A stretch of 63,897 bases of DNA, counting the filler, from Chiloscyllium plagiosum (Eukaryota): NCBI RefSeq assembly GCF_004010195.1. It is 5 parts of one record of this genome, joined end to end, with 100 filler letters (N's around TTAATTAATTAA, not from the genome) between each part and the next. Parts side by side here need not be neighbours in the genome. Positions count along the whole stretch, not along the records: positions 1 to 29,156 come from NC_057717.1; 4 more parts are not named here. One strand, 5' to 3'. Position numbers and translations under genes: made by a program. The notes under the pieces are model-generated. The model worked only from the letters and a program-made list of their open reading frames with translations. It searched no databases and was not told where the DNA came from. This document shows, piece by piece, positions 1 to 11,700 of this stretch. Numbering within the stretch: the first letter of the stretch is position 1; every line of letters begins with the position of its first letter.

Positions 1-710
1 CAAGGATACTGGTGCCCCTTAGGTTCAGGTGTAGACCATCCTGTTTATAGAGGTCCCACCTTCCCCAGGAAGAACCCCAGTTATCCAAATACCGGCATCC
101 CTCCCTCCTGCACCATCCCTGTAGCCACGCATTTAACTGTTCTCTCTCCCTATTCCTCGACTCTCTATCACATGGCACGAGTAACAAACCAGAGACAACA
201 GCTCTGTTCGTTTTAACTTTGAGCTTCCAACCTAGCTCCCTGAAAGCCGGCCTAACATCCTCAGTGCTCCTCCTACCTATGTCATTGGTGCCAATGTGGA
301 CCACGACTTCGGGCTGCTCCCCCTCCCCCTTAAGGACCCGGAAAACACAATCAGAGACATCACGTACCCTTGCACCTGGGAGGCAACATACCAAACGTGA
401 GTGTCTCTCGTTCCCACAAAACCGCCTATCTGTGCCCCGAACTATCGAGTCCCCAATTACTATTGCTCTGCTCTTCTCCACCCTTCCCTTCTGAGTAACG
501 GCGACAAGCTCCGTGCCAGAGGCCTAAGCCCCGTTACTTACCCCTGCGCGCTTTTAAAGGGAAAAAAACCTACCCGGCTGCCCCTCTGGTCTTCGTCACT
601 TCCCCCTGCTGCTCCCGCTCTTTCTGTGAAGAGAAAAACAAAACACCGTTGCCCGCTACCGGTAAGTAATTTTAAAACAAACTGTCTTACCTTAGCTGCT
701 GCTCGCACTC
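1..710 (-). mobile_element. CR1 LINE 5' region: 5'UTR plus ORF1 SGNH-esterase domain, running off the window edge
   Basis: Minus-strand translation of ~493-1 gives QKGRVEKSRAIVIGDSIVRGTDRRFCG...VCCLPGARVRDV...VVVHIGTNDIG...QLNAWLQGWCRREG...DLYKQDGLHLN. These are the GDS, GxND and DxxH blocks of the CR1 ORF1 esterase. A CpG-richer UTR-like segment lies at ~500-710. Confidence 0.88.
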
Positions 711-729
711 AAAGAGTGCCTCTAGAAAC

Positions 730-1430
730 CTGTCTGATTCTTGCATCCTCAACCTTTAGTTAGCTTCCTTCTTCCTCCTGGCTAGATGTTTTACGTCCCT
801 TTGAACCTTGTTAAATGCTTCGCTAAAGTTCACGTGGACAATGTTCACTGCTCTGCCTTCATCTCTCTCTTGGCCACCTCCTCGAAGAGTCAATCCAGTT
901 TGTCAAACACGGTTTTCCACTCACAAAGCCATGCTGACCGTCTTGAATCAGCCCTTGTCTTTCCAAATACACGTAGCTCCTTTCTTTCAGAATCTCCTCC
1001 AACAACTTCCCCATCACTGGGCTCACGTGGATGTAATTTCCTGGCTTTTCCTGCAACCCTTAAGTGATGGAATAGCATTAGCCACCCTCCAGTCTTCCAG
1101 TGCCTCACTGTGTCTGTTGATAATATACATACCTCTGTAAGGGATACTGCAATCTCTTCCCTAGCTTCCCACAATATTCTAGGATTGACCTAATAAGCTA
1201 CCGAGGATTGATCTACCTTTATTTGTTTTATGATTCCAGCACTTTCTCTTCTCTGTTGAGGATTCTTTCCAAGACATCACTATTTATTTCCCCAAGTTCC
1301 CAAGCTTCCATGTCTTTCGCCACAGTAAATACTGACAAGACTATTTGTCTAATATCTCACCCACCTCCTCTGGTTCCACACATAGGCGACCTTATTAATA
1401 TTTAAGAGGACCTATTCTCTACAAAGATAC
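730..1430 (-). mobile_element. Degraded CR1 ORF2 (RT) fragments
   Basis: Peptides WEAREEIAVSLTE, EKPGNY..VS, GLIQDGQHGFVSGKPCLTN in shifting frames match CR1 ORF2. Confidence 0.85.
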
Positions 1431-1689
1431 TGTTTAGCTTATTGAAACCTGCATAATAGGCTTCTGATAATTCAAATACACCATATCCCTGTACCACTAC
1501 ACCCCTCCTGCACCCTTACAATTCTGCCATTTATGTTCACACCAACAAATTAAATCCAATAGGCTCAAAAACAAATTCTCTTTTATAAAATGTATTTCCA
1601 TGTGCCCAGTTATTGTATATTGACACACACTTTCTAACAATTTCAGTATACTTCTGATTTACTGTCAGGCTAACACTATTAGGTTTCAG

Positions 1690-2700
1690 ACTGACAGCAG
1701 AAAGGGTTGAGGGAGATCTTGTTTATCAATCTGAGAAAGGTAGCTCACAGGGTCAGCAGGTAATAGAGAAGGCAAATCGAATGCTGACATTTATTATAGA
1801 GGGAATGGAGTCTAAAAACATGGAGGTCTGGCTAAAACTGTGCAAGATACAAGTCAGACAACACCTCGAATATTATGAACAGTGTGAGTGCCCGAAGGAA
1901 AGGCATTGGAGGCAGTCCAGAGGAGGTTCATTCGGCTGATCATGGGAATGGAGGGATTTTCTAATGAGAAGAGGTGGAGAAGGTTGAGGTTGAACCCATT
2001 GATGTTTAGATAATGAGAGAGAAATGGAATGAAATATGCAAGATTATGAGGGGCTCTGATCGGGCAGATGCTGGGAAGTTAGAAAATAGAACAATACAGC
2101 ATAGCAACAGGCCATTCGGCCCACCTTCATAACGTCCAAGACGTTATTCTCAACTCATACCATCTGCCTGTACATGGTCCATATCCCTCTATTCTCTACC
2201 TGACACGTTTCTGTCTAAATGCCACTTCAAAACTTTACTCACATTTCTGCTTCAACAACATCCCTCGGTAACCTCCACTCTCTATGTAAAAAAAACACCT
2301 TGCCTCACACATCTCGTTTAAGCTTTCTCTTTCTCAACTTAAACCTATGCGCTCTAGTACTTGAAGCTTACACATTGGAAAAGAGATTCCGACTATCCAC
2401 ATTATCTGTCCCTGTTCGAAAGTTATATCCCTGTACCTGGTCGCCTGTCAGCCTCTGATACTCTCGCAAAACAATCCAACTTCGTTTAGTTTCCTCTTAC
2501 ACCTAACACACCCTTAAAAACCCTAACACAGGCAACGTGCTGATAAACCCATTTTGCACGCTCTCCAAAGCCTCCGCATCATCCCTACTGTGTGGAGATG
2601 AGAACTGCACACAGTACTGCAAATGTGGCCAAGCAGAAGTTTTATAGAATCACAGCATCAGTTGCAAACCATTATACACAACGTTGTGACCGATGAAGGC
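1690..2700. mobile_element. Two opposed CR1 3' fragments (plus ~1690-2078, minus ~2080-2700)
   Basis: The plus part encodes a decayed LCKIQVRQHLEY...ALEAVQRRF. The minus part starts with the reverse complement of the CR1 3' tail (tagaacaatacagcatag..aggccattcggccc). Confidence 0.8.
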
Positions 2701-2717
2701 CGTGCCACTCACGAACA

Positions 2718-2848
2718 ATGGCACAGTGGTTAGCACTGTTGCCTCATAATGCCAGACCCAAGTTCAATGCCCGCCTCAGGCGACTGACTGTGTGGAGTTT
2801 ATACATTCTCCCCGTGTCTGTGAGGGTTGTCTCTGGGTGCTTCCTATT
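2718..2848 (+). mobile_element. tRNA-derived V-SINE (HE1-like), 5' part
   Basis: ggcacagtggttagcactgttgcctca...gttcaatgcccgcctcaggcgactgactgtgtggagtttatacattctccccgtgtctg: A/B-box head plus V-domain start, same family as 47469-47792. Confidence 0.8.
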
Positions 2849-3424
2849 GCCATTTTCAGGAAGTTACTGACTTGCACCAAGATCCTTCTGTATATCAATG
2901 TCCCTCAGTATCCTAACTTTCTTCTGGACTTTGACGTCATCACAGTTACTGTACTGCCCTTGCTGCCAGTACTTTCAGTGCCCTGTCTGTAACCATATTG
3001 ACATTACAATCACTGTCTGGTGCCTATAAAATAAGTCCTGCCAATGGTTGCTGCTGCTTGCTGATTCTCAGCTCCACCCAAATAGACTCCAAATTTTGAT
3101 CTTCAGATCCATATGATTGTCTCATTAATGCATTAACCTCATCCTTTCTTCACAACATGTTGGCTTTTTGCCCCGTCTGCCTCTTGGGACTAGATTGGGT
3201 TGGGATATCTGGTCAGCATGGTTGGGTTTGGACCAAAGGGTCTGTATACATGCTGTACATCTCATTGACTCTATGACTCTAACGCAACAACCCTTCAATA
3301 TTCCCTTCCCAACGATGGTCATTCAGCAGCTACATCTCCGGAATGAACAGTTCCATCATATCTGTTCACTATCATTCCATCTGCCTTATGGCGAATGCAG
3401 CGAGTCATTCCTCAGTAGTGGGGT

Positions 3425-4320
3425 GTTTGAACGGATGGGGAGAGGTTACAGAGATAGGGAAGCTTACAGGGGCTCAAGGATGTTAGAATTAAACAGATTT
3501 ATATCTGGACAAGAATGTCAGTGGGCCAAAGATGTTTGAGAATTGGAGGAATTTACAATGATAGAGGGAGCTGGGTTAGATTCTGGAGATGGGGTAGGGA
3601 TGGATGTAGGGAGAGGCAGGCAGATTGAGAGGCACTGACAGGGGGTGTTTCAGGGAGAAGAGTATTGTGTATACTAACAGAGATATGGATGGTTGTCGTG
3701 ACTGAAGACGTTTACAGATATAAGAAGGCTTCAATATTCTGGAGGCTACAGAGATAAGAAAGCAATGGAGAATGCCAGGTTACTGGGTTGGAGACAGTTA
3801 CACAGATAGGGAGGGTTGCACAAACTGAAAGAGGGTCCTGTGGTCGGGAGGGGTTTGTAGTTGGGAACAAATGAGAAATTTTAAAAGATTAACATCGAAG
3901 AATTGGAAAACGATAAGGAGATTACACTTTTTTCAACAGCTAAGGAAGGGTTGTAGGATCTGGAGAAGATTACATAGTTCGGGACCGATGGAGAGATTAA
4001 AGACATTGACATGGAGGGTGGTATTGGTGGGAGGAGCTTACAGGGATAGACAGGACTGTCAGGGTTTACAGGGAAGAAGGAATTTAGTATCTACTGGAGA
4101 AGTTTAGGGATTAGGGTGTTAGGGATTGGAGAACCTGATAGTGACAGAGAGCATTGTGTGGACGAGAGGAGATTCCAAACAGAGGAAGGATTATTGGGAC
4201 TGGAGGATATTACAGAGATAACTAATACAGCATGGGCCAGGATTGATGTCTGTGATCCCTTGTACTGTCTCAGGGAAGACCAGTACAGCAGAGGTGAAGG
4301 CAGGATCCTCACAAGATGGT
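3425..4320 (-). repeat. Old degenerate minisatellite with a CCCTCCCTATCTCTGTAACC-type core
   Basis: Repeated variants of gaggttacagagatagggagggttg on the plus strand, with strong purine bias. Confidence 0.65.
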
Positions 4321-4442
4321 GGGAATGAAGCCTAGAATATTGGCTGTTCCTTGCCCAGCTCTGTATCTATGTCCTGTCTTCCGGGTCTGAATACAGAAGG
4401 CCACTAACTCCTCCCTGTGCTGTTTACTGTGAGTGATCTTAC

Positions 4443-4554
4443 CGGCTGCAGGATTTACTGAAGGCTCCAGATCTCTCTCTCCATCTCTCTCTGACTGACC
4501 AAGCGTCTTCAATGAGGTGATGGATGAGACAGGAGTTAGGAATATCCTGATTAA
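4443..4554 (-). other. Putative 112-nt spliced exon of an unidentified transcript
   Basis: Minus strand: pyrimidine tract ttcccattctgtctatttctctgtctcatgcAG|TTAATC...GCAGCCG|GTAAGA, in sequence not recognised as a repeat. No recognisable peptide. Confidence 0.3.
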
Positions 4555-5084
4555 CTGCATGAGACAGAGAAATAGACAGAATGGGAAATTAAATTGATGC
4601 AATGAGGATAACTCGTGCAGAGTGGCACAGAGTTCAGCAGAGATCTGGAAAATCCCAGTCTCCATCCCTGGTCTGTGCTGCTGCGGCTCTCTGGTTTGGA
4701 GAATTCTGTTGATTCAGGATCTCAGACCAGCTGTAAGAGGGAGAAACACTGACAGAGGCAGAAAATTGACCTACACATCAACGGATATTACATGGAGAGA
4801 TACTGGGTGATACCACCAGAGTGCAGGAAGGTATCCCAGTCCTCAGGGAGGAGTCAGCCATTATATTGGGATGGACTCCACTGGAACTGTGGTGGGGCCA
4901 GTGTCCTGGTCAATCCAATTGCTTTACAATGACACAGATGAGGAGGGACAGGGCTTAGGTTAAAGGAAATTCCCAAATCCAAAGAGAAAGTTTGAAATAT
5001 TGGAAAACCATGGAGATGTAGCTAAAGACAAACAGGAAGAAACAGGAAGGGACTGAGTTTAACTGAAATTAGGTTTGTGACAGG

Positions 5085-5465
5085 AAATTGTGGTAAAAAT
5101 TACTGTTTCTTAATTTGTGATTTCTATCTACTCGCCATCACGGAGACATGGTCACAGGTTGAACACAAAGATGGGTCATCAATATTCACAGCTACACAAC
5201 ATTGTGGAAACCAGACAGAATGGGAAGCAGGATGGGGGACTCTCACAGTTAGGGATAAAAATTGGGATTACCAGGAAAATATGTGGCCTCAGATTATCAA
5301 GCACTAGGAAACCAAACTCTGAGTAATAAGGGTCAGAACTCAAAACTGGAATGACAGTGTTAAGGCCCTTTTACAGCATTACATTGTTAGACACTGCATT
5401 AACAGTGAATAATTGGAATTTGTAATAAAAGCACTGGGATAATTGTGAGGGAATTCAATCTTCCT
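5085..5465 (+). mobile_element. Degraded LINE (CR1-type) APE endonuclease fragment
   Basis: LLAITETW motif at ~5128-5151, followed by decayed downstream APE-like sequence. Confidence 0.6.
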
Positions 5466-5474
5466 ATCTCACTA

Positions 5475-5760
5475 TCTCATTGGTGATGGGTCACAGCTGA
5501 GGCTGACTCTCTCCCACTCTCATGGGGAGTCTGTAGGTGGCTGTACAGAGCGATGTGACCTTCCACAGACTCTGTTACACTTTGGCAGAAGGTGGCCGTG
5601 GGAAGGGGGTGGGTGGGGTGTTGGTGTGACAGCACGCTCCTTATGCTGTTTACTCCTGCGTTCCCATTTTCACCACAGCAAGTTTCAAGGTACTCGACAT
5701 CTACCCAATGCTCCTCCCCTACTTTAGAAGATCTTGACCAAGTAATTCCCAGGAGTTACC
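5475..5760 (-). mobile_element. RTE-type LINE 3' fragment
   Basis: Minus strand reads decayed SWELLGQDLLK*GRSIG..VEYLE, resembling the RTE ORF C-terminus (WE.LA.DR..WR..I..G). Confidence 0.5.
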
Positions 5761-6039
5761 AGATTTGATGAAGAGATGGAAAAAAGATCAATTCTGAAGT
5801 ACCCAATGTTTAGAAATGTGGACGCATTTGTTAAAGAGATCGCTAAGGAGTCTCTGAGCAGGAGTACAGTAGGAAGAGGACACATTGTCAGCGTTTAATC
5901 AGGTGATAGTAACAGGGAGAATTAAAGGTGCTGGAGGTGGTGAGAGTGTTGCAGAGAGTGCCCAGGGCCTGAACAGTGTTACAAAACCAGTACGAATTGC
6001 TACAGCTGTTTGCTGAGATAGGGAGGGTCATGAATTTTC

Positions 6040-6255
6040 ATTGATTCATTCATGACCTGAGGATGTCACCGGTTGGACCAGCGTATGTTGCCCCACTGCT
6101 AACTGCCCAGAGGCAGCTCAGAGTCAGCCATGTTGCTGTGAGTCTGGAGTCACATGTGAGCCAGACCAGGTATGCATGTCAGATGCCCCTCCCTAAAGGA
6201 TACATGTGAACTCGTTGCGCTTTTCCAGATAATCAACAATGTTTATACGGTGGTA
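6040..6255 (-). mobile_element. SINE 3' portion (family with a GGGCAATAAATGCTGGCC...TGAATGAAT-type tail)
   Basis: attcattcatgacctgaggatgtcaccggttggaccagcgtatgttgccc...agtcacatgtgagccagaccagg. Related tails occur at ~25240, ~25550 and ~61510. Confidence 0.6.
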
Positions 6256-6259
6256 TCAC

Positions 6260-8737
6260 TAATGTCCTGTACGAATACAACATGACATCCCAACTCCTGC
6301 TCTCAATGCTGTGACCTAATGAAGGTAACCTCCTCAAACGCCTGCATCAACAGCCTGTCTAACTGTGACGCTACTTTCAAAGAACTGTCTACCTGCATCC
6401 CTGGGTCACTGATTGACAACACTGCTCAGGGCCAGAACATTAACTGTACAAGTCCAGCCCTGGTCTGCTTTACCAGAATGCAACATCGTGCATTTCTCCA
6501 CCTGCTATTCCTAACATCATTGGCCCAGCAGTACTGTTGATCCCATTGTACTCTTAGATAACCCTATTCACTGTCCACTATTCCACCAATTTCAGTGTCA
6601 ATCGCAAACTTGCTAACCATGATTCCTCTAATCTCATCCAAACCATTTATATAAATGATGCACAACAGTGACCCATGGCACCTCGTTGGTCACAGGCCTG
6701 CAGTTTGAGCAGTAGCCGTCTATGATCACGCTCCGTCTCCTACCGTCAATCCTGTTTTGTATCCAGTTGGTGAGCGCTCCCTGGTTATGTGTGATCTAAA
6801 CTTACTAACCAGTCTGCCATGCAGAACCTTGTCAAATGCCTTGCTAAAGTTCATGTGGACATCGTGTACTGCTCTGCTTTGATCTGTCACTTGTCTACCT
6901 CCATTGTCCTTTCTCTCAGAATTTCCTGCATCAACTTACCCACCTCCGCCATCAGTCTCACTGGTCTGAGTGGCTGTCGATGATACGAATATCTCTGCGA
7001 GGAGCCTTGTAATTTCCTCCCTCGCTTCTCACAAGGTGCTGGGATACATCTGATCATATCCCATGGTTTTATGAACTTTGTTTTGCATTTTAAGACATCC
7101 AGCGCCTCCTATTCTCCAAAGTGAACTCTGTTCAAGACATCACTATGTATTTTCTCAAATTCCCGAGCTTCCATGTCTTTCTCCATCATAAATCCTAAAG
7201 CAAAATATTTGTTTCGGATCTTCCCCATCAACAGTGATTCCACACAGACAGCCTCATTGACCTTTCAGGGGCCCTATTCTCTCCGTCGTTATAATTTAGA
7301 CCTTGTTGAATCTTGTCAAAATGCTTCTGAAAGTTAAAATATCCCCCTACCGCTACTTGCCTCCCCCACCCTTATCTATTCTGCCATTCATGGTCACACC
7401 AATCCAACGGCGTTAAAAATATTCCCCTTTTGTAAAATCACGTGTTGCCCAATGTTTCTGAGAGTCCATTTATTGTTTATTGCTGTATCCTTTACAATAC
7501 TCTCCAGCATGTTCCCGACTCACTGTCAGGCTAACACCGTTTGGTTTCAGACTGACTGCACAAAGGGTTTTGGGAATCCTTGTGGATCAATCTGAAAAAG
7601 GTAGCGTAAAGGGTTAGCAGATAATAGAGAAGGCAAATCAAATGCTGCCATTTATTACAAAGGGAATGGAGTCTAAACAGAGGGAGGTCTTGCTAAAACG
7701 ATGCAAGGTACAAGTCAGGCCAACCTAGATTATAATGAACAGTATGTGGGCCCGAAGGAAAGAAATTCTTGTGTTGGAGGCAGGCCAGGGAAGGTTCACT
7801 CGGCTGATCCTGGAGATGGCGGGATTTTCCAATNNNNNNNNNNNNNNNNNNNNNNNNNNNNNNNNNNNNNNNNNNNNNNNNNNNNNNNNNNNNNNNNNNN
7901 NNNNNNNNNNNNNNNNNNNNNNNNNNNNNNNNNNNNNNNNNNNNNNNNNNNNNNNNNNNNNNNNNNNNNNNNNNNNNNNNNNNNNNNNNNNNNNNNNNNN
8001 NNNNNNNNNNNNNNNNNNNNNNNNNNNNNNNNNNNNNNNNNNNNNNNNNNNNNNNNNNNNNNNNNNNNNNNNNNNNNNNNNNNNNNNNNNNNNNNNNNNN
8101 NNNNNNNNNNNNNNNNNNNNNNNNNNNNNNNNNNNNNNNNNNNNNNNNNNNNNNNNNNNNNNNNNNNNNNNNNNNNNNNNNNNNNNNNNNNNNNNNNNNN
8201 NNNNNNNNNNNNNNNNNNNNNNNNNNNNNNNNNNNNNNNNNNNNNNNNNNNNNNNNNNNNNNNNNNNNNNNNNNNNNNNNNNCTGCCATTTATTACAAAG
8301 GGAATGGAGTCTAAACAGAGGGAGGTCTTGCTAAAACGATGCAAGGTACAAGTCAGGCCAACCTAGATTATAATGAACAGTATGCGTGCCCGAAGGAAAG
8401 AAATTCTTGTGTTGGAGGCAGGCCAGGGAAGGTTCACTCGGCTGATCCTGGAGATGGCGGGATTTTCCAATGAGAAGAGGTGGAGTAGATTGCCCTTGAA
8501 TCCATTGGGGTTTTGAAGAATGGGAGAGAACTTCATTGAAACATCTAGGATTCTGAGGCGTTTTCACAGGGTAGATGCCGTGAAGTTAGAAACTACAACA
8601 GTACAGCAGAGTAATAAGCCCTTCGGCCCATCATGGCTGTGCTGACCATGTTGCTGTTCTGAACTAATCTCATCTGCCTGCACATGGTCCATATCCCTCT
8701 ATACTCTGCCTGTTCATGCATCTGTCTAAATGTCACT
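6260..8737. mobile_element. Mosaic of CR1 fragments (minus ~6260-7330, plus ~7550-8585, minus 3' tail ~8588-8737), including gap 7834-8282
   Basis: Decayed CR1 RT and 3' tail motifs. The right part is paralogous to ~800-2227. Confidence 0.75.
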
Positions 8738-11700
8738 GCTACATAACTCCCCATCTGTCAGGCCTACTCTGTCACTGCACCAGCAGCTTTATCACTCCCC
8801 ATCTTTCAGGCCTACTCTGTAACTTCTCCAACAGCTGAAACATTCCCCATCTGTCAGGCCTACTTTGTAACTGCTCCAATCACTTTTTCACTCCCCATCT
8901 ATCAGGCATAATCTGCAAAAGCTCCAGCAGCTATATTATTCCTCATCTGGAAGGCCAACTGTTTAATTCTCCAGCAGTTGTGTCCCTTCCCATCTGTCAG
9001 GCCTACTCTGTATCTGCTCCAATAGATATATCACTCCCCATCTGTCTGGAATACTCTGTAACTGATCCAGCAGCGATATCACTCCCCATCTGTCAGGCCT
9101 ACTGTGTAAATACTTCAGCAGCGATATCACTCCACGCCTGTCAGGCCTACCCTGTAACTGCTCCTGCAAAGATATAACTTCCCATCTCTCAGGCCTACTG
9201 TGTAAATACTGCAGCAACGATATCACTTCACATCTGTCAGGCCTACTCTTCAACTGCTCCAGCAGAGATAACAATCCCCATCTCTAAGGTCTACCCAGGC
9301 TCAAGCAACTATTTCAATCCCCATCTGTCAGGCCTACTCTCCAACTGCTCCAACTGCTACATAACTCCCATCTGTCAGGCCTACTCTGTCACTGCACCAG
9401 CAGCTTTATCATTCCCCATCTTTCAGGCCAACTCTGGAACTGCCCCAGCAACTGTATCACTCCCCATCTGTCAGGCCTAATCTGCAAATGTTCCAGCAAC
9501 GATATCGCTCCCCATCTGTAAGGCACAATCTGTAACTGCTTCTGCCGCAATATCACTCCCAATTTTTCACGCCTAGTCTGTAACTGTCCCAGTAGCTATA
9601 TCACTCCCCAACTTTCAGGCCAACTTGTTAACTTCTCCATCAGCTTTATCACTCACATCTGTCAGGCCTACTCTGTAACTGCTCCAAGAGCTATGTCACT
9701 CTCCATCTGAAAGGCCTACCCTGTAACTGCACAAAGTGCTAAATCTCTCCCCATCTGTCAGTCCTACTCTTTAACTTCTCCAACAGCTGAAACATTCCCC
9801 ATCTGCCAGGCCTACTTTGTAACTGCTCCAATCGCTTTTTCACTCCCCATCTATCAGGCATAATCTGCAACAGCTCCAGCAGCTATATCACTCCTCATCT
9901 GTAAGGCCAACTCTTTAACTTCTCCAGCAGCTCTGTCCCTCCTCATCTGTCAGGCCTACTCTGTATCTGCTCCAATAGATATATCACTCCCCATCTGTCT
10001 GGAATACTCTGTAACTGATCCAGCAGCGATATCACTCCCCATCGGTCAGGCCTACTGTGTAAATACTTCAGCAGCGATATCACTTCACATCTGTCAGGCC
10101 TACTCTTCAACTGCTCCAGCAGTGATAATAATCCCCATCTCTAAGGTCTACCCAGGCTCAAGCAGTTATATCATTCCCCATCTGTCAGGCCTATTCTTCA
10201 ACTGCTCCCACTGCTATGTAAGTCCCATCTGTCACGCCTACTCTGTCACTGCACCAGCAGCTTTATCACTTCCCATCTTTCAGGCCTACTCTGTATCTAC
10301 CCCAGCAGCTCTGTCACTCCGCATCTGTCACCCCTACTCTGTAAATGCTGAAGCCATGATATCACTCCGCATCTGTCAGGCCTCCTCTGTAACTACTCCA
10401 GCCATAATATCATTCCCCATCTTTCAAGCCTACTCTGTAAACACTCCAGCAATGAGATCGCTCCACATCTGTCAGGCCTACTCTGTAACTGCCCCAGCAG
10501 CTGTATCACTCCCATCTGTCAGGCCTACTCTGTAACTGCTCCAAGAGCTATGTCACTCCCCGTCTGAAACGCTTACCCTGTAACTGCACAAAGTGCAAAA
10601 TCTCTCCCCATCTGTCTGCCCTACTCTGTAACAGCTCCAGCAGCTATATCACTCCTCATCTGTCAGGCCAAATCTTTAACTTCTTCAGCAGCTGTGTCCC
10701 TCCCCATCTGTCAGCACTACACTGCAACTGCACCAGCATCTATATCACTCGACATCTGTCAGGTCTACTCTGTAACTGCTGCAATAGCCTTTTCACTCCC
10801 CATCTGCCAGGCAGACTCCGTAACTGCTCCAGTAATTATATCACTCCCCACCTGAAATGCCTACTCTATAACTGTACCAGCAGCTTTATCACTCCCCATC
10901 TGTCTGTCCTACTCTGTAACTTCTCCAACAGCGGAAACATTCCCCATCTGTCAGGCCTATTTTGTAACTGCTCCAATCGCTTTTTCACTCCCCATCTATC
11001 AGGCAAAATCTGCAACAGCTCCAGCAGCCCTATCAATCCTCATCTGTAAGGCCAACTGTTTAATTCTCCAGCAGCTGTGTCCCTCCCCATCTGTCAGGCC
11101 TACTCTGTATCTGCTCCAATAGATATATCACTCCCCATCTGTCTGGAATACTCTGTAACTGATCCAGCAGCGATATCAGTCCCCATCTGTCAGGCCTACT
11201 GTGTAAATACTTCAGCAGCGATATCACTCCACGCCTGTCAGGCCTACCCTGTAACTGCTCCTGCAAAGATATCACTGTCCATCTCTCAGGCCTACTGTGT
11301 AAATACTGCAGCAGCGATATCACTTCACATCTGTCAGGCCTACTCTTCAACTGCTCCAGCAGAGATAACAATCCCCATCTCTCAGGCATACTCAGGCTCC
11401 AGCAGCTATATCATTCCCCATCTGTCAGGCCTACTCTTCAACTACTCCCACTGCTATGTAACTCCCATCTGTCACGCCTACTCTGTCACTGCAACAGCAG
11501 CTTTATCACTTCCCATCTTTCAGGCCTACTCTGTATCTGCCTCAGCAGCTCTGTCACTCCCCATCTGTCAGGTCTACTCTGGACTGCTGCAATAGCCTTT
11601 TCACTCCCCATCTTCCAGGCAGACTCCGTAACTGCTCCAGTAATTATATCACTCCCCACCTGAAAGGCCTACTAAATAACTGTACCAGCAGTTTATTACT

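Noticed and set aside
7693..8366. Long ORFs spanning N runs (also at ~26.3, 35.4 and 53.5 kb)
   Set aside because: They consist mostly of X residues from assembly gaps.
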